Virus record (IMG/VR): IMGVR_UViG_2576861234_000002
Length of the DNA: 30,922 bases
DNA from: an uncultured virus (IMG/VR IMGVR_UViG_2576861234_000002)
Taxonomy: Duplodnaviria > Heunggongvirae > Uroviricota > Caudoviricetes
Direction: 5' to 3' (one strand)
Below, one piece after another: positions 1-10,003 of this stretch (position 1 is its first letter; every line of letters begins with the position of its first letter). The translations under genes and the position numbers were made by a program. A model generated the notes under the pieces. The model saw only the letters and a program-made list of their open reading frames with translations. It did not search any database and was not told where the DNA came from.

Positions 1-27
1 CAAACTTGTTATTAATCCGTAAGCCAT
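1..27 (-). CDS. N-terminus (MAYGLITSL...) of the next baseplate gene, probably the receptor-binding/minor structural protein; truncated by the window edge
   Basis: AAAGGAGG RBS then ATG at 27, directly after the Tal stop; RBP position by synteny. Confidence 0.7.
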
Positions 28-39
28 TGGTTGCCTCCT

Positions 40-1926
40 TTAGTCGTAAAAACTGTAATAATCCTTGATTAACTCGTACATAATAACCTCGTGACCTTTT
101 TCGTTAGGGTGTAAGCCGTCCTCCATGCTCGCTTTCCTAAAAGCTGGATTGTATGGCTTAAAGTAATCTGTGTGATATGCGTCAAACACTGGTACATCTA
201 ACTCACTACAAGCTAATATTTGAGCGTTTACATAGTCCTCAAGTGTTAACCCTAGTTTGTTTTTGTCCGTGTCTTTACGGCGTATTGTTGTACCACTCAT
301 AGGGCATTGTCTTGTAGCTGTCATCACTAGTATTTTTGAATCTGGATTATTCTTTCTAATAACTTCAATTGCAGAACAAAAGGCACCGTAAAACGTTTTT
401 GTATCCGTTTTATCAGTGCCTATCGGTACGCCTGCCCAATAACCGTGTAACCAGTCATCATCAGTGCCTTGTAATATGATTAGGTCTCCTCTTATTTGCT
501 CTGCTTGTCTATAAATGCTGTTTTCTACCGCTTCTTTACCTATTGGAACTGTAGCCATTGTTGCGCCACCTCTTGCAAGATTAGTCGTTTTGGCTTTCAA
601 TTTCTTGCCTAACATTTCTGTGAAATTAGTTTTTGCGTGCGACCCTCTAGCTACAGAGTCGCCAATCGTTCCAATTGATTTGATGTTTCTTATACTTGAT
701 TGACTAGTAAAGTCGTACATGATCGTACCATTAGCAGTTGTAACTGTTTTAGTATTCATCTTATCGACTTTAGCGTTTATTTTATCTGTTTGTTTAATTA
801 ACTTGTTGTTTATGGATAAACTAGCATTCACTTTAGCGTTTAATTCCCTCAAATATTTGGCTGGGTCTGATTTAGTTGTTTTTACGTTCTTTACATAATT
901 CGTAGCTTCATGGACAGCTTTTCTATATCTATCGCGCATTGTAAAGTCTCCTAATACTACATCTTGTTTAGTGATGTTATTGTATGCATCTCTATGTGTA
1001 GTAATTTCGACTATCCTTACTAAATCGTTATATCCTATGGTTGGTTCAGCTACTCTTACGACATCGCCAATTTTAGGGTTAGCCTCTGGAAAATGCTCAG
1101 GCTGTGCTACGAAGTCCAAAGAAATAGAAGCAGTGACACTTTTCTTTATCACTAGCTCCATTGATTTTTTTAAAACATCCTCTTTTTTTATACGTCCATC
1201 TATTAACGGAGGCGCTTCCCTTTTCCCAATCAGTTGTGCTAATGGGTGTGTGAATTCGAATTGTAATCCAGCCTCTGTAAAAGTTTGTTGACCGTCAAAG
1301 TCGCCATAACCTCTTATATATGTGTAGCATTTAGAGGCATCTTCTTGAATTTTTACATTATCAGCATTTACACCTGATTTGATGTAGTAACCTGCTACTT
1401 TAGATAATTCGTCATACAAGTGAAATGTTTTTGTTTTAGCGTCGTACTCATATTCGAGATGATAGCGTTCAAGCCCTTTTTTGAATATCTCAAGCCTTGT
1501 GTCTCCCTTACCTAATCCCTCGAATTTTGATGCGTCAACCTTAGTATGCAATACATACTTATAACTAGTTCCTTTAAATACAGTGTTAAAAAATTCTACG
1601 CCTGTGAAACTTTCGTTATATTCTTGGTAAATCCTAGAATTGTTTAGATCATCTAATTCTTTTTGTCTCGCTTTGATACTAAGTTTGATTTTGTTTCCAA
1701 TAGTTGATTTATCAAGCATTACTATCACATATTCATTGAGGTCATCTTCCCCCTTTATATTTGTGATAGTCCACATCTTTGTAATAGCGCCGATTGCGTC
1801 GAAAGTGCTGGCATTTTCTATCATATCAATGTCTAACGTGCTATCTTCATTCAATTTTTCGTTTAATTTTGTATTAACATGAATCGCATGACCGACGCCT
1901 TGCAAACTTTTTAATAATACCGGCAT
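40..1926 (-). CDS. Tail-associated lysin/baseplate hub (Tal): prophage tail endopeptidase domain plus C-terminal SGNH/GDSL hydrolase
   Basis: Follows Dit; GDSV block, GTDD, and DGLHP (DxxH) SGNH motifs in the C-terminal third. Confidence 0.9.
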   Translation of the reverse strand: MPVLLKSLQGVGHAIHVNTKLNEKLNEDSTLDIDMIENASTFDAIGAITKMWTITNIKGEDDLNEYVIVMLDKSTIGNKIKLSIKARQKELDDLNNSRIYQEYNESFTGVEFFNTVFKGTSYKYVLHTKVDASKFEGLGKGDTRLEIFKKGLERYHLEYEYDAKTKTFHLYDELSKVAGYYIKSGVNADNVKIQEDASKCYTYIRGYGDFDGQQTFTEAGLQFEFTHPLAQLIGKREAPPLIDGRIKKEDVLKKSMELVIKKSVTASISLDFVAQPEHFPEANPKIGDVVRVAEPTIGYNDLVRIVEITTHRDAYNNITKQDVVLGDFTMRDRYRKAVHEATNYVKNVKTTKSDPAKYLRELNAKVNASLSINNKLIKQTDKINAKVDKMNTKTVTTANGTIMYDFTSQSSIRNIKSIGTIGDSVARGSHAKTNFTEMLGKKLKAKTTNLARGGATMATVPIGKEAVENSIYRQAEQIRGDLIILQGTDDDWLHGYWAGVPIGTDKTDTKTFYGAFCSAIEVIRKNNPDSKILVMTATRQCPMSGTTIRRKDTDKNKLGLTLEDYVNAQILACSELDVPVFDAYHTDYFKPYNPAFRKASMEDGLHPNEKGHEVIMYELIKDYYSFYD

Positions 1927-1936
1927 ATGCTACTCC

Positions 1937-2872
1937 TTATCTGTAATATAATTTGTGTCTAAAGACTATCTTTTTCATAAGTCTGTTGGCTTTAAAATGA
2001 TTCCAACCAGGATACAACACCGGTTGTTCTAACGTCTTGTTGTATAGGTCAATATTTAAATTGCCTCTATATGTGTGCTTGTTATCAAAAATGATTTTAT
2101 CGCCTGCTTTTAAATCGACATCTTTAATTACTGAGATGTTTCCTTTATCCATATAGAAAGTGAAACCGTCTTTATCATCAGCTTTAACATCTTCAGCTAA
2201 TTCAATTTCAACTACATTGAATTGGTTGAATTGTGTTAATGCCACATCTCCGTTGTAATAAACATCTCCAGAACTCGTATTATAGAATGTCATTTGTCTA
2301 CTTCTATCATTTTCATTTAGTGCTATTCTGTCCGGAATCGACCATTTTTCTAAATCGTTATCACTTTCTAAATCAGTGCTATAGCCGATACTTTCAAAGA
2401 ACGGCAATTCTGTTGTCTCAAAGGTCAACGTGATTTCTCCTGATGTCTTAGTTGTGTCAAAAGATACTTCGCTAACTAATCCAACGAATAGTTGTCTACC
2501 GTCAACATAATCTAATTCAAATTCTTGTTCTAACGGTTCGAACATATTTTCAAATTTGATAGTGTTATCCGGCGTTGCCAATTCTCTTAGGTAAAAGCGA
2601 CCATAAAACAATGTTTGAATGTCTGATTTAAGATGTGAGGCATAAGCAATTTTAGGTACTTCATACCTCAATCTTAATTCAACTTTTTTATATTCCTCTT
2701 TAGCGTAATTATGAAATCGTCCATCAATACCATCTAATGGCGAATAATTCCTTTTATAACCAGCGCCAACGACATTATAATCAAGTACTCTCAAATGTTT
2801 GTAAGTGAGAGGATTGTCACTGACTCGATAAATTACACCGTTTTTAATTATTTCTACATCGTGGGCTATCAA
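1937..2872 (-). CDS. Distal tail protein (Dit, Sipho_tail family)
   Basis: 311 aa between tape measure and Tal; ends LYPGWNHF...FRHKLYYR, typical of Dit. Confidence 0.9.
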   Translation of the reverse strand: MIAHDVEIIKNGVIYRVSDNPLTYKHLRVLDYNVVGAGYKRNYSPLDGIDGRFHNYAKEEYKKVELRLRYEVPKIAYASHLKSDIQTLFYGRFYLRELATPDNTIKFENMFEPLEQEFELDYVDGRQLFVGLVSEVSFDTTKTSGEITLTFETTELPFFESIGYSTDLESDNDLEKWSIPDRIALNENDRSRQMTFYNTSSGDVYYNGDVALTQFNQFNVVEIELAEDVKADDKDGFTFYMDKGNISVIKDVDLKAGDKIIFDNKHTYRGNLNIDLYNKTLEQPVLYPGWNHFKANRLMKKIVFRHKLYYR

Positions 2873-2886
2873 TAAACAAACCTCCC

Positions 2887-5856
2887 TTACATTAAGTTGA
2901 AATTACCATCTTTCGCATCCATATCATCAATGTGTGATTTAATCATGTTTAGATCGCCCTCATTCCTAACAGTTACATTGACAATAGGTCTGTTGTTTTC
3001 TTTCATGCTATGCTGAACATCGTTAGTCATATGACCGTCAACACTTGGTGTCAAACTGTCGTTAAATCCATCTGTTAACGTTGACCCCAATTCACTTGTA
3101 AACGTTTTGCCGAAGCTAGTAGCCATTACTTTAGCTTTTGATACCGCTAAACCTTTGCCTAAGCCACTACCTCCACCGTGTCCACTTACAAATGAAGTTA
3201 CAGAATCCCAAGCAGATGAAATTGCGTCGCCTACTGCACTGACTACTTTGTGCGCGGCGTTAGCTACACCCTCTGCTACTTTGCCGATTAATTCCGAACC
3301 AGCATTTAAGAAATCACTAAAGAAACTTTTAATCTTATCAAGCGCGTTTTTCATGCCGTCGCCTACATTTGAGACAACTTTCCTGAATCCATCGACAACT
3401 TTGCTTGCAAAACTTGTTACGGTATTCCAAATATTTGAAACCCATTGCGCACCTGTTGAGATAATAAAACTTAGTGCTTGTGCCATTTTTTCGGCTATAC
3501 TTGAAGCTACTTTGCTAAACCAATTAGTAACACTATTCCATATGCTACTAACAAAATTAGTGATCGTACTCCAAATTTGAGACCAACTTGTTCCAAACAT
3601 CGATAACGCTCGATTCATTACGCCAGTTAAAAAGCCAATTATTGACTCCCAAACTGATTGCATGTATTGCCAAATCGTATCGAGCACATTTGTAATCGTT
3701 GTTTTGATTGTCTCCCAAGCACCTGAGAAGTCGCCAGTAAGCAACTGTATTAAAGCAGTGAACAAACCTACTATGATTTGGACTGCTACGGATATTACTG
3801 TTCCTATGGCTTGGAACGCAATTGTAATTAACGTCCACAAACCTTGTATGATATTCATAACGTTTGTAATGATACCTATGACCAAAACACCTAAGACTTG
3901 CATGAATATTTGTCCTAATACTTGTAATATAGGCATTATCGGTTGTAATGTTGATTGGATTTTGCCCCACAATTCAGTTAACCAGCCAACTACACCTTGA
4001 ATCGCACCAGAAACCGCCGTTTTAACGCCGTTCCACGCTTCAGTAATAGTGTTTCTGAAATTCTCGTTTGTTTTCCATAAATAAACTAGGACTCCAATGA
4101 ATGCACCAATTACTGCAATTACTGCTAAAATAGGTGCTGAAATCGAACCGAATACACCTGTTAATGCTTCCATAGCTCCAGTAACTAAACTTGATGTTCT
4201 AACGAATTCTAGAATCTTTTTGATGACGCTGAATAAGCTCAAACCAAACACATTTGTAAGCACACTACTTATAGCAATAATTGGAGCCATTAAAGCCCAA
4301 AATACACCGCCTAAAATACCCATAACACCAATAATTTGCGCTACTGCTGGGTGTGTTTCAAACAACTTAGCAATAAAACCAGCTAGATTAGTGATGAAAT
4401 CTAACAACTTACTAGCTATAGGAGCCATTGCAGTACCAAAAGCAACTAACGCTTTTACGATATTACCAATTAACTGCATAATAGTAGGACCATTCTCTTG
4501 AACATAACTTATAAAATCTTTGAATCCTTGAGATTGCCCAACTTGTTCAGACCACGCTCTAAATTGAGAAGTCAATTTAACTAACCAATCAAAAATATTA
4601 GAACTGTTTTGACCAAAAGCAATCATCAAGTTACCAATACCAGAGAATACATTACCAAATATCTGACCCAATTTTGGTAAGTTAGTCGTAGTATAGTCGA
4701 TAAACGCTTTAATAGCATTCTGACCAGCTACACTATTAGCCCAATTTTGGAAAGCTATAGACATATTCTGTAATCCTTGAGACACAAATTTGAACAATGG
4801 CATTAATTGAGTGAAAATGTTAACTAGTCCATCGCCAAATCGTCCTGCAGCGTTCAATAAATCTCCGAAGATTGCGCCACCTATGCTATTTAATGCTTCA
4901 AATGCTTTCTTAGCCGTTTCAGAATGTTTAACCCAATCCTCAAACTCGCGTGCGTTTGCTTCAACCAGCATAGATACTTCGGATAAGAATGGTTTTAATT
5001 GAGACATCGCACTTGTAACGCCTCTGATACCTGCTGACATTGCATTGAAAATACTTGCTTGATTCTCTTTTACAATGCCTTGCCATGTAGTTTTTAACTG
5101 ATCGCTTGCATTTCTAAAGTCTTGAACTTCTTTTGTTACTGCTAACGTGCCATCTTTTACCATTTTTAACGCAGTAATTGCCATTGCACCGAAGCCAACC
5201 GCACCGACACCTGCTACAGAAAAAGCACCAGCTAAACCAATGACACCACCGCCTAATACACCAACCGCATTAAGTACTGCCATAATAGCCGGAACCAATC
5301 CAGCAATTACCGGTATTAACGCTTGTATACTAGCAATCATTAAACCTTTAACTTGTTGTGCAAAGATAGTACCGAAAGTTCGAATATTCGATGCGATGTT
5401 ATCCATTGTTGATTGATACTGCTCTAACGCTCTTTTACCAGCAGTCAACGCTACTTGCATTTTAGTCATTCCAGTTGTATCAAAATCTAATTTAACAGTG
5501 TGTTTGCGCCAACCAGCTAACATTGCTTTAGAAGTCGCAACATTTCTTTTTAATCCATTAGCATCGCCATCAATTTCAACTTTTTTACGTCTGATATTCG
5601 ATAGTTCTGCTTTGACAAACGTTATAACTTGTTTTACTTTGCTAGCGTCTGCATCAATATTAACTTTATGCTCTCGCCATCGTTGAGCCATCGATTTAGC
5701 TCGCGTTAGCTCTCTTTGGTAGTCTCTTATGTTAGCTGTAACTTCTGTCTTGATTTCGTCAGGTATATCAGTTTTAGCCATACGTTGAGCAGTTCTAATA
5801 TTCCTTTTAAAATCACTGATTATAGCTGTAACACGAGCCAGAAAATTCTTCTCCAT
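2887..5856 (-). CDS. Tail tape measure protein
   Basis: 989 aa, Ala/Gly/Ile-rich, hydrophobic segments and ~11-residue Trp/Phe-periodic repeats; follows the chaperones. Confidence 0.95.
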   Translation of the reverse strand: MEKNFLARVTAIISDFKRNIRTAQRMAKTDIPDEIKTEVTANIRDYQRELTRAKSMAQRWREHKVNIDADASKVKQVITFVKAELSNIRRKKVEIDGDANGLKRNVATSKAMLAGWRKHTVKLDFDTTGMTKMQVALTAGKRALEQYQSTMDNIASNIRTFGTIFAQQVKGLMIASIQALIPVIAGLVPAIMAVLNAVGVLGGGVIGLAGAFSVAGVGAVGFGAMAITALKMVKDGTLAVTKEVQDFRNASDQLKTTWQGIVKENQASIFNAMSAGIRGVTSAMSQLKPFLSEVSMLVEANAREFEDWVKHSETAKKAFEALNSIGGAIFGDLLNAAGRFGDGLVNIFTQLMPLFKFVSQGLQNMSIAFQNWANSVAGQNAIKAFIDYTTTNLPKLGQIFGNVFSGIGNLMIAFGQNSSNIFDWLVKLTSQFRAWSEQVGQSQGFKDFISYVQENGPTIMQLIGNIVKALVAFGTAMAPIASKLLDFITNLAGFIAKLFETHPAVAQIIGVMGILGGVFWALMAPIIAISSVLTNVFGLSLFSVIKKILEFVRTSSLVTGAMEALTGVFGSISAPILAVIAVIGAFIGVLVYLWKTNENFRNTITEAWNGVKTAVSGAIQGVVGWLTELWGKIQSTLQPIMPILQVLGQIFMQVLGVLVIGIITNVMNIIQGLWTLITIAFQAIGTVISVAVQIIVGLFTALIQLLTGDFSGAWETIKTTITNVLDTIWQYMQSVWESIIGFLTGVMNRALSMFGTSWSQIWSTITNFVSSIWNSVTNWFSKVASSIAEKMAQALSFIISTGAQWVSNIWNTVTSFASKVVDGFRKVVSNVGDGMKNALDKIKSFFSDFLNAGSELIGKVAEGVANAAHKVVSAVGDAISSAWDSVTSFVSGHGGGSGLGKGLAVSKAKVMATSFGKTFTSELGSTLTDGFNDSLTPSVDGHMTNDVQHSMKENNRPIVNVTVRNEGDLNMIKSHIDDMDAKDGNFNLM

Positions 5857-5858
5857 GC

Positions 5859-6200
5859 CTAACCTCCTTTATGACTTGTTTTTAAGCTGTTAAGGAACTT
5901 GCGAGTCCCTTGTTTTTGTATTTCTCTTTTACGTTTGTTTTTAGCTAGCTCACGCTGTTTCATTCTTTCGTATTCATCTTCTTGACCACGAATAATGTAG
6001 TGTTCTCTTTCGTTCTGCCTAACAAAACGTTTTAGTGATTTACCAGCTTGAGCAACCGCATTATATTGAGCGCCGTACAACGCAATGTCCCTTTGGTCAA
6101 TCAATGCTTGTCTAGCGCCAATAATCCAGTCATTCCATTCGGCAGGTAGCATGCTCATTAGCTCGTCATTACTCATATAACCTATGTAACGACTTGTCAT
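5859..6200 (-). CDS. Second tail assembly chaperone segment (gpT-like), probably made as a frameshift fusion
   Basis: Between TAC and TMP; weak RBS; frame is -1 relative to TAC and open upstream to 6371. Confidence 0.8.
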   Translation of the reverse strand: MTSRYIGYMSNDELMSMLPAEWNDWIIGARQALIDQRDIALYGAQYNAVAQAGKSLKRFVRQNEREHYIIRGQEDEYERMKQRELAKNKRKREIQKQGTRKFLNSLKTSHKGG

Positions 6201-6220
6201 CTGCCTTATTTCCGAATAGT

Positions 6221-6715
6221 CTAATAAGGTGCTACGGTCATGATTTCTTTGTAGTTGTTCTTCATCATCTCGATACCAGCTTTCGCGCCCTCTTTCTCGT
6301 CTTCTTTGGCTAACGATGGCGCTTGGTTCATCTGTTTCCAGAATAGACGTGATTTCTGCTTGAAAAAACCGCTATTATTCATTACGTCCAACGCACCTTG
6401 TAAAAGATTTAACGTGTCGTTTTCTCTTTCGATGATTTCCATGATTTCCGCTTCAATATCTTCTCTTTTAGGTGCACTTTTACCTAGATAAGCCGTTGCA
6501 CATTCCCAAAAGTCTACAATTGCCACTGTGTCACGCTCTAATAAAGCGTTATAAACATTAGTAAATCCTGAAATAGTTTGTTTTCTGCCTTTATTATCTT
6601 CTTGTTCAGTTGCAAACTTTTTAGCGGTTTTATCGAACATAAATGTTGCTTTTGCTTTAACTTCTTCGTTGTTAACTGTTAATGATGTAATTGGATTAAA
6701 AGTTGTTTCAGTCAT
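6221..6715 (-). CDS. Tail assembly chaperone (gpG-like)
   Basis: GAGG RBS before ATG 6715 (MTETTFNP); follows the major tail protein; SGFF motif. Confidence 0.85.
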   Translation of the reverse strand: MTETTFNPITSLTVNNEEVKAKATFMFDKTAKKFATEQEDNKGRKQTISGFTNVYNALLERDTVAIVDFWECATAYLGKSAPKREDIEAEIMEIIERENDTLNLLQGALDVMNNSGFFKQKSRLFWKQMNQAPSLAKEDEKEGAKAGIEMMKNNYKEIMTVAPY

Positions 6716-6746
6716 ATTAAATACCTCGTTTATCGTTATTTTGTAC

Positions 6747-6771
6747 AAAAAAATAGAGGGCTTATGCCCTC
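6747..6771 (-). terminator. Intrinsic terminator after the major tail protein gene
   Basis: - strand GAGGGC-ATAA-GCCCTC followed by TATTTTTTT. Confidence 0.8.
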
Positions 6772-6776
6772 GTTAA

Positions 6777-7337
6777 TTACATACTTAAATCGCTACTGTC
6801 AGCAGTTGTTTTTTTAGTTCGGTTTTCATAACTATCTTCGTAAGCGTTCATGTTTTCGAATTCAACAACTGGAGCCAATGCGCTAGGGTTAAGCCATTCT
6901 TTTGGTAAATCGTTGATTGTACCGTCTGCACTATTGAACTTAACTTTCGCTGTGATTTCTATTTTGTTATCTTCATCATCAAATGACCATTCGTGCTCTT
7001 CGATAACTACGTATGCGAATACACCGTGATGTTTACCATCGCGTTTTTTCGTTTCCCAAATCCAAACACGTAACTGTTTGAATTGCTTAACTGATTCTTT
7101 TAATGCTAATTGACCTTTATCTCCCGGAACGACATCAAGCGTCAACTTAATTTCTTCTTCGACAGAGTTACGGCTATAATCTTTCTTACCGCCTTGAATG
7201 ATTTCAGCAAGGTCATTACTGATAGTGTGTCCACCCTCTGCTAAACTACCTAAAAGTGTTGCCTCTTCGATAGTTAGTTTCTTAGCTAAATCCTTATCAG
7301 CGATTTGGAGAGCGACAATATATTTATCCTGCGCCAT
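6777..7337 (-). CDS. Major tail tube protein
   Basis: 186 aa, between the tail terminator and chaperones, followed by a terminator. Confidence 0.85.
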   Translation of the reverse strand: MAQDKYIVALQIADKDLAKKLTIEEATLLGSLAEGGHTISNDLAEIIQGGKKDYSRNSVEEEIKLTLDVVPGDKGQLALKESVKQFKQLRVWIWETKKRDGKHHGVFAYVVIEEHEWSFDDEDNKIEITAKVKFNSADGTINDLPKEWLNPSALAPVVEFENMNAYEDSYENRTKKTTADSSDLSM

Positions 7338-7761
7338 TCGTTACACTCCTTTGTAATGTGTTATGTCTGTACTTAAAAACAAGCCGAATGATACCGTGTT
7401 TAGTGTACTGATCTATGTCAGTAATCACTTCTTGTGTATCAATTCGACTTTTAATGAATGAATAATAATCAATTTCTATTTCATTGTTTAAAACGAAGCC
7501 TAAAAATTGAATTATTTGCGATGCCTCATCTCTATTACGTGCTTGACTATAAACATGCAACGTGATGCCGACATCTTCGACCATGCTCGTGGTCGTTTCT
7601 TTGTTAGTGACGTTTGTTTCACCCACAACGATATATGGGTAAACAGCGTCTTTCTGAACGCAATCAAAAACCCTACCACCCAATTGTTTTTGGATAATAG
7701 GGTTACTTTTTAATTTGTTATATACTTTGTTAAATAAGTACCGTTCAACTGATACCCACAT
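7324..7761 (-). CDS. Tail completion/terminator protein (DUF3168, SPP1 gp17-like)
   Basis: RVFD...YPYIVVGE and HGIIRL motifs; synteny. Confidence 0.85.
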   Translation of the reverse strand: MWVSVERYLFNKVYNKLKSNPIIQKQLGGRVFDCVQKDAVYPYIVVGETNVTNKETTTSMVEDVGITLHVYSQARNRDEASQIIQFLGFVLNNEIEIDYYSFIKSRIDTQEVITDIDQYTKHGIIRLVFKYRHNTLQRSVTNGAG

Positions 7762-7773
7762 ATCTTAACCACC

Positions 7774-8187
7774 TCATGAAAAATACTTATTAAAGAATGC
7801 TCGTCCAACGTCTATTGCCGGCTCCCAAAAAGGTTGAGCATGTTGTCCTTTAGTAGTGTGCCACTTACCGTTCGCATCTTTGTATGACCACGGTATCTTT
7901 TTTGCTCTACTACCTCCAGCGCCTGTTGCGTATATACCAGTACCATAATTGACATATATTGCGTATTCACTACCAATGTTAATAACACCAGTAAAACCTC
8001 CGTCTTTAAAGTCCATTGTTACACTTTCTCTAAGATAGCCGGTATCAACTGGCATTAATGAAATGATTGTATTGTGAATCTTAGCAGTTGTCTTTGCTAT
8101 ACCTCGTTTGACCCATCGCTCCATGTCTCGCTCGTAATTTTCCAACTCTTTTACTAAGTCCCAATTACCATACTTAACCTTTGCCAA
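7774..8187 (-). CDS. HK97 gp10-family tail component
   Basis: PVDTGYLRES, YAIYVNYGTG, G.HAQPF..PA motifs. Confidence 0.9.
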   Translation of the reverse strand: MAKVKYGNWDLVKELENYERDMERWVKRGIAKTTAKIHNTIISLMPVDTGYLRESVTMDFKDGGFTGVINIGSEYAIYVNYGTGIYATGAGGSRAKKIPWSYKDANGKWHTTKGQHAQPFWEPAIDVGRAFFNKYFS

Positions 8188-8509
8188 TAGGTCGCACCCT
8201 TAATCTAGTTAAATTGATTTCGTGTTGTCCGCCTTGGTCGACCGGTTCGCCTACAACTTCGTACGTTTTACCCTCGTAATTAAATAAAGTTTTGTTTGTT
8301 ATTGGTATGTGGTACGGCGTATATAGGTTTCGGTCGAAATCTTTGCTCATCTGATGAAATTTGAGTGTCTCGCTTGATGTAGGTGTATCCATAAACCCTT
8401 TAATTGTTTCGTTACTTTTAAAACGTTCACATTCTTTAGGAAATGTTCCTACAACTTCAACCTCTCCAATTTCAATTGTGTGCGGAAACTCATCGAACGG
8501 ATTAAACAT
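8174..8509 (-). CDS. Head closure/head-tail adaptor (SPP1 gp16-like)
   Basis: 111 aa; YEGKTYEVVGEP; synteny. Confidence 0.75.
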   Translation of the reverse strand: MFNPFDEFPHTIEIGEVEVVGTFPKECERFKSNETIKGFMDTPTSSETLKFHQMSKDFDRNLYTPYHIPITNKTLFNYEGKTYEVVGEPVDQGGQHEINLTRLRVRPIGKG

Positions 8510-8816
8510 ATCTCTTACACCAACTTAACTTACGATAAGGCATTAGATAAGCGTAAGCACTACTAGGTATGTCAGTTACATAGGTATAACTCACAGTTCC
8601 CATCGTGCGCGCTGAGATATTGCCAGTTGTACCAAACTTGATACATTCAGCAATAAACTTCTTAACACCCGACGGCACTGCTTTGTCATCAAACTTCTGA
8701 TTACAATAATCTTCTGCAACACTTTTATATTCTTCAATAAGATATTCGATTTGCTCATCGTTAGACGAATCATTGAGTGAAAGTCCATTAATCATTTTGA
8801 CGTCTTTTGCGTCCAT
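8502..8816 (-). CDS. Head-tail connector (SPP1 gp15/HK97 gp6-like)
   Basis: AEDYCNQKF...MGTVSYTY...L.PYRKL pattern; synteny. Confidence 0.85.
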   Translation of the reverse strand: MDAKDVKMINGLSLNDSSNDEQIEYLIEEYKSVAEDYCNQKFDDKAVPSGVKKFIAECIKFGTTGNISARTMGTVSYTYVTDIPSSAYAYLMPYRKLSWCKRYV

Positions 8817-9142
8817 TACTTAACACCCTCTAAAACTTTGATAAGCTCATCTTTTTTCATATCGCTATAACCTTTAATTTCACGCTTTTTAGCAAGTTCT
8901 TTTAATTCTGCTACTTTCATATCAGATAAACTTTTTTGCTCGTCAGCGCTCGCCTCAGACTGTTCTACTTGCTTGTCTTCAACAAGTTTGATAGCGATTA
9001 AATTACGGCGGTTGTTTGTTGTAGATAATTCAGTGAATCGTTCTTCTGATACTTCCAATCCATCACGTGGGTAAATGTCTCCCACTTGATATTCATGTCC
9101 GTTGTCTTGCGCATCTTCAAAACGTTCGATTACTTTATACAT
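8816..9142 (-). CDS. Head accessory protein with C-terminal Rho-N (HeH) domain
   Basis: YQVGDIYPR N-terminal motif; LSDMKVAELKELAKKREIKGYSDMKKDELI is a Rho-N signature. Confidence 0.8.
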   Translation of the reverse strand: MYKVIERFEDAQDNGHEYQVGDIYPRDGLEVSEERFTELSTTNNRRNLIAIKLVEDKQVEQSEASADEQKSLSDMKVAELKELAKKREIKGYSDMKKDELIKVLEGVK

Positions 9143-9158
9143 ACGTCACTACCTCCTA

Positions 9159-9983
9159 TTACATTTCTAAGCTTCCAGAACCTTTAGTAATTTTCACTGC
9201 TTTAGATTCATCATATAAATACGCTACATAGTGCTTATCACTGTATAATGCAGTTGTTTTAGTTGATGCGTCACGAGCTACTTCTAAGAAGAAATCACGT
9301 TTCAAGATTAATTTAACCGCACCTTTTTTAGCTAAAATAGCTGTGCCAGCTTCTAACTTATTAGAACGTACAATGATAGCGCCTAGAGCTTCGCCGAACG
9401 CACCTTTAACGATGATGTCATCGCCTAATTCGGTTGCACGTGTAAAGTTAGTTGATGCATCTCCGCGTAATTTACCAGCATCAAGTGGATTGATAAATAA
9501 AACCATTGGTTCTAAGTCTTCATCATTGAATTTGTCGATTGCTGATTGTAAACCGTTTAATTTAGTGATGTCAGCATTAACAGTAAGTTTAGCTCCCATC
9601 AAAGCGTCTAATACGTCATTATCAACTTTGTTAGCGTGAGCTAAACCGTGTTGACGTACTTGTTCGCCTTGAGGGTCTCCATAACCACTTAATAAAGCCT
9701 CATCTGTAATAGATGTACCTTTCGCGATTTTACGGATTTTAGCCTCACGTTTTTTAGTTTCTAAGATGTCAGTTGGGATTTTTTCGCCCTCTGCAACTAC
9801 TTGTGCATCTCCGCTGTATACGAATGCCGGGAATGTTAAAGTGTCTCCTGGTTGTCCTTGTAATGTGCTATCTACTTCTGCAAATGAAGCAAAACGCAAT
9901 TTCTTTTCGAGTTGCGCTTGCATCATAGGCGCTAATACTTCTGGAATGATTTGATTACTTGTTTTAGTAACTCCTTGTGGCAT
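9159..9983 (-). CDS. Major capsid protein (N4-gp56-like family)
   Basis: IIPEVLA..., LQGQPGDTLTFP, GYGDP motifs; follows the scaffold gene. Confidence 0.92.
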   Translation of the reverse strand: MPQGVTKTSNQIIPEVLAPMMQAQLEKKLRFASFAEVDSTLQGQPGDTLTFPAFVYSGDAQVVAEGEKIPTDILETKKREAKIRKIAKGTSITDEALLSGYGDPQGEQVRQHGLAHANKVDNDVLDALMGAKLTVNADITKLNGLQSAIDKFNDEDLEPMVLFINPLDAGKLRGDASTNFTRATELGDDIIVKGAFGEALGAIIVRSNKLEAGTAILAKKGAVKLILKRDFFLEVARDASTKTTALYSDKHYVAYLYDESKAVKITKGSGSLEM

Positions 9984-10003
9984 GTTTATACCTCTTTCTT
10001 TGT

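Noticed and set aside
40..700. SGNH hydrolase domain on a tail protein as a novelty
   Set aside because: A known feature of Tal in staphylococcal siphoviruses
515..5686. Numerous + strand ORFs, and 3557..3970 -, within the Tal, Dit and TMP genes
   Set aside because: Shadow frames of long real genes; no RBS or recognisable motifs
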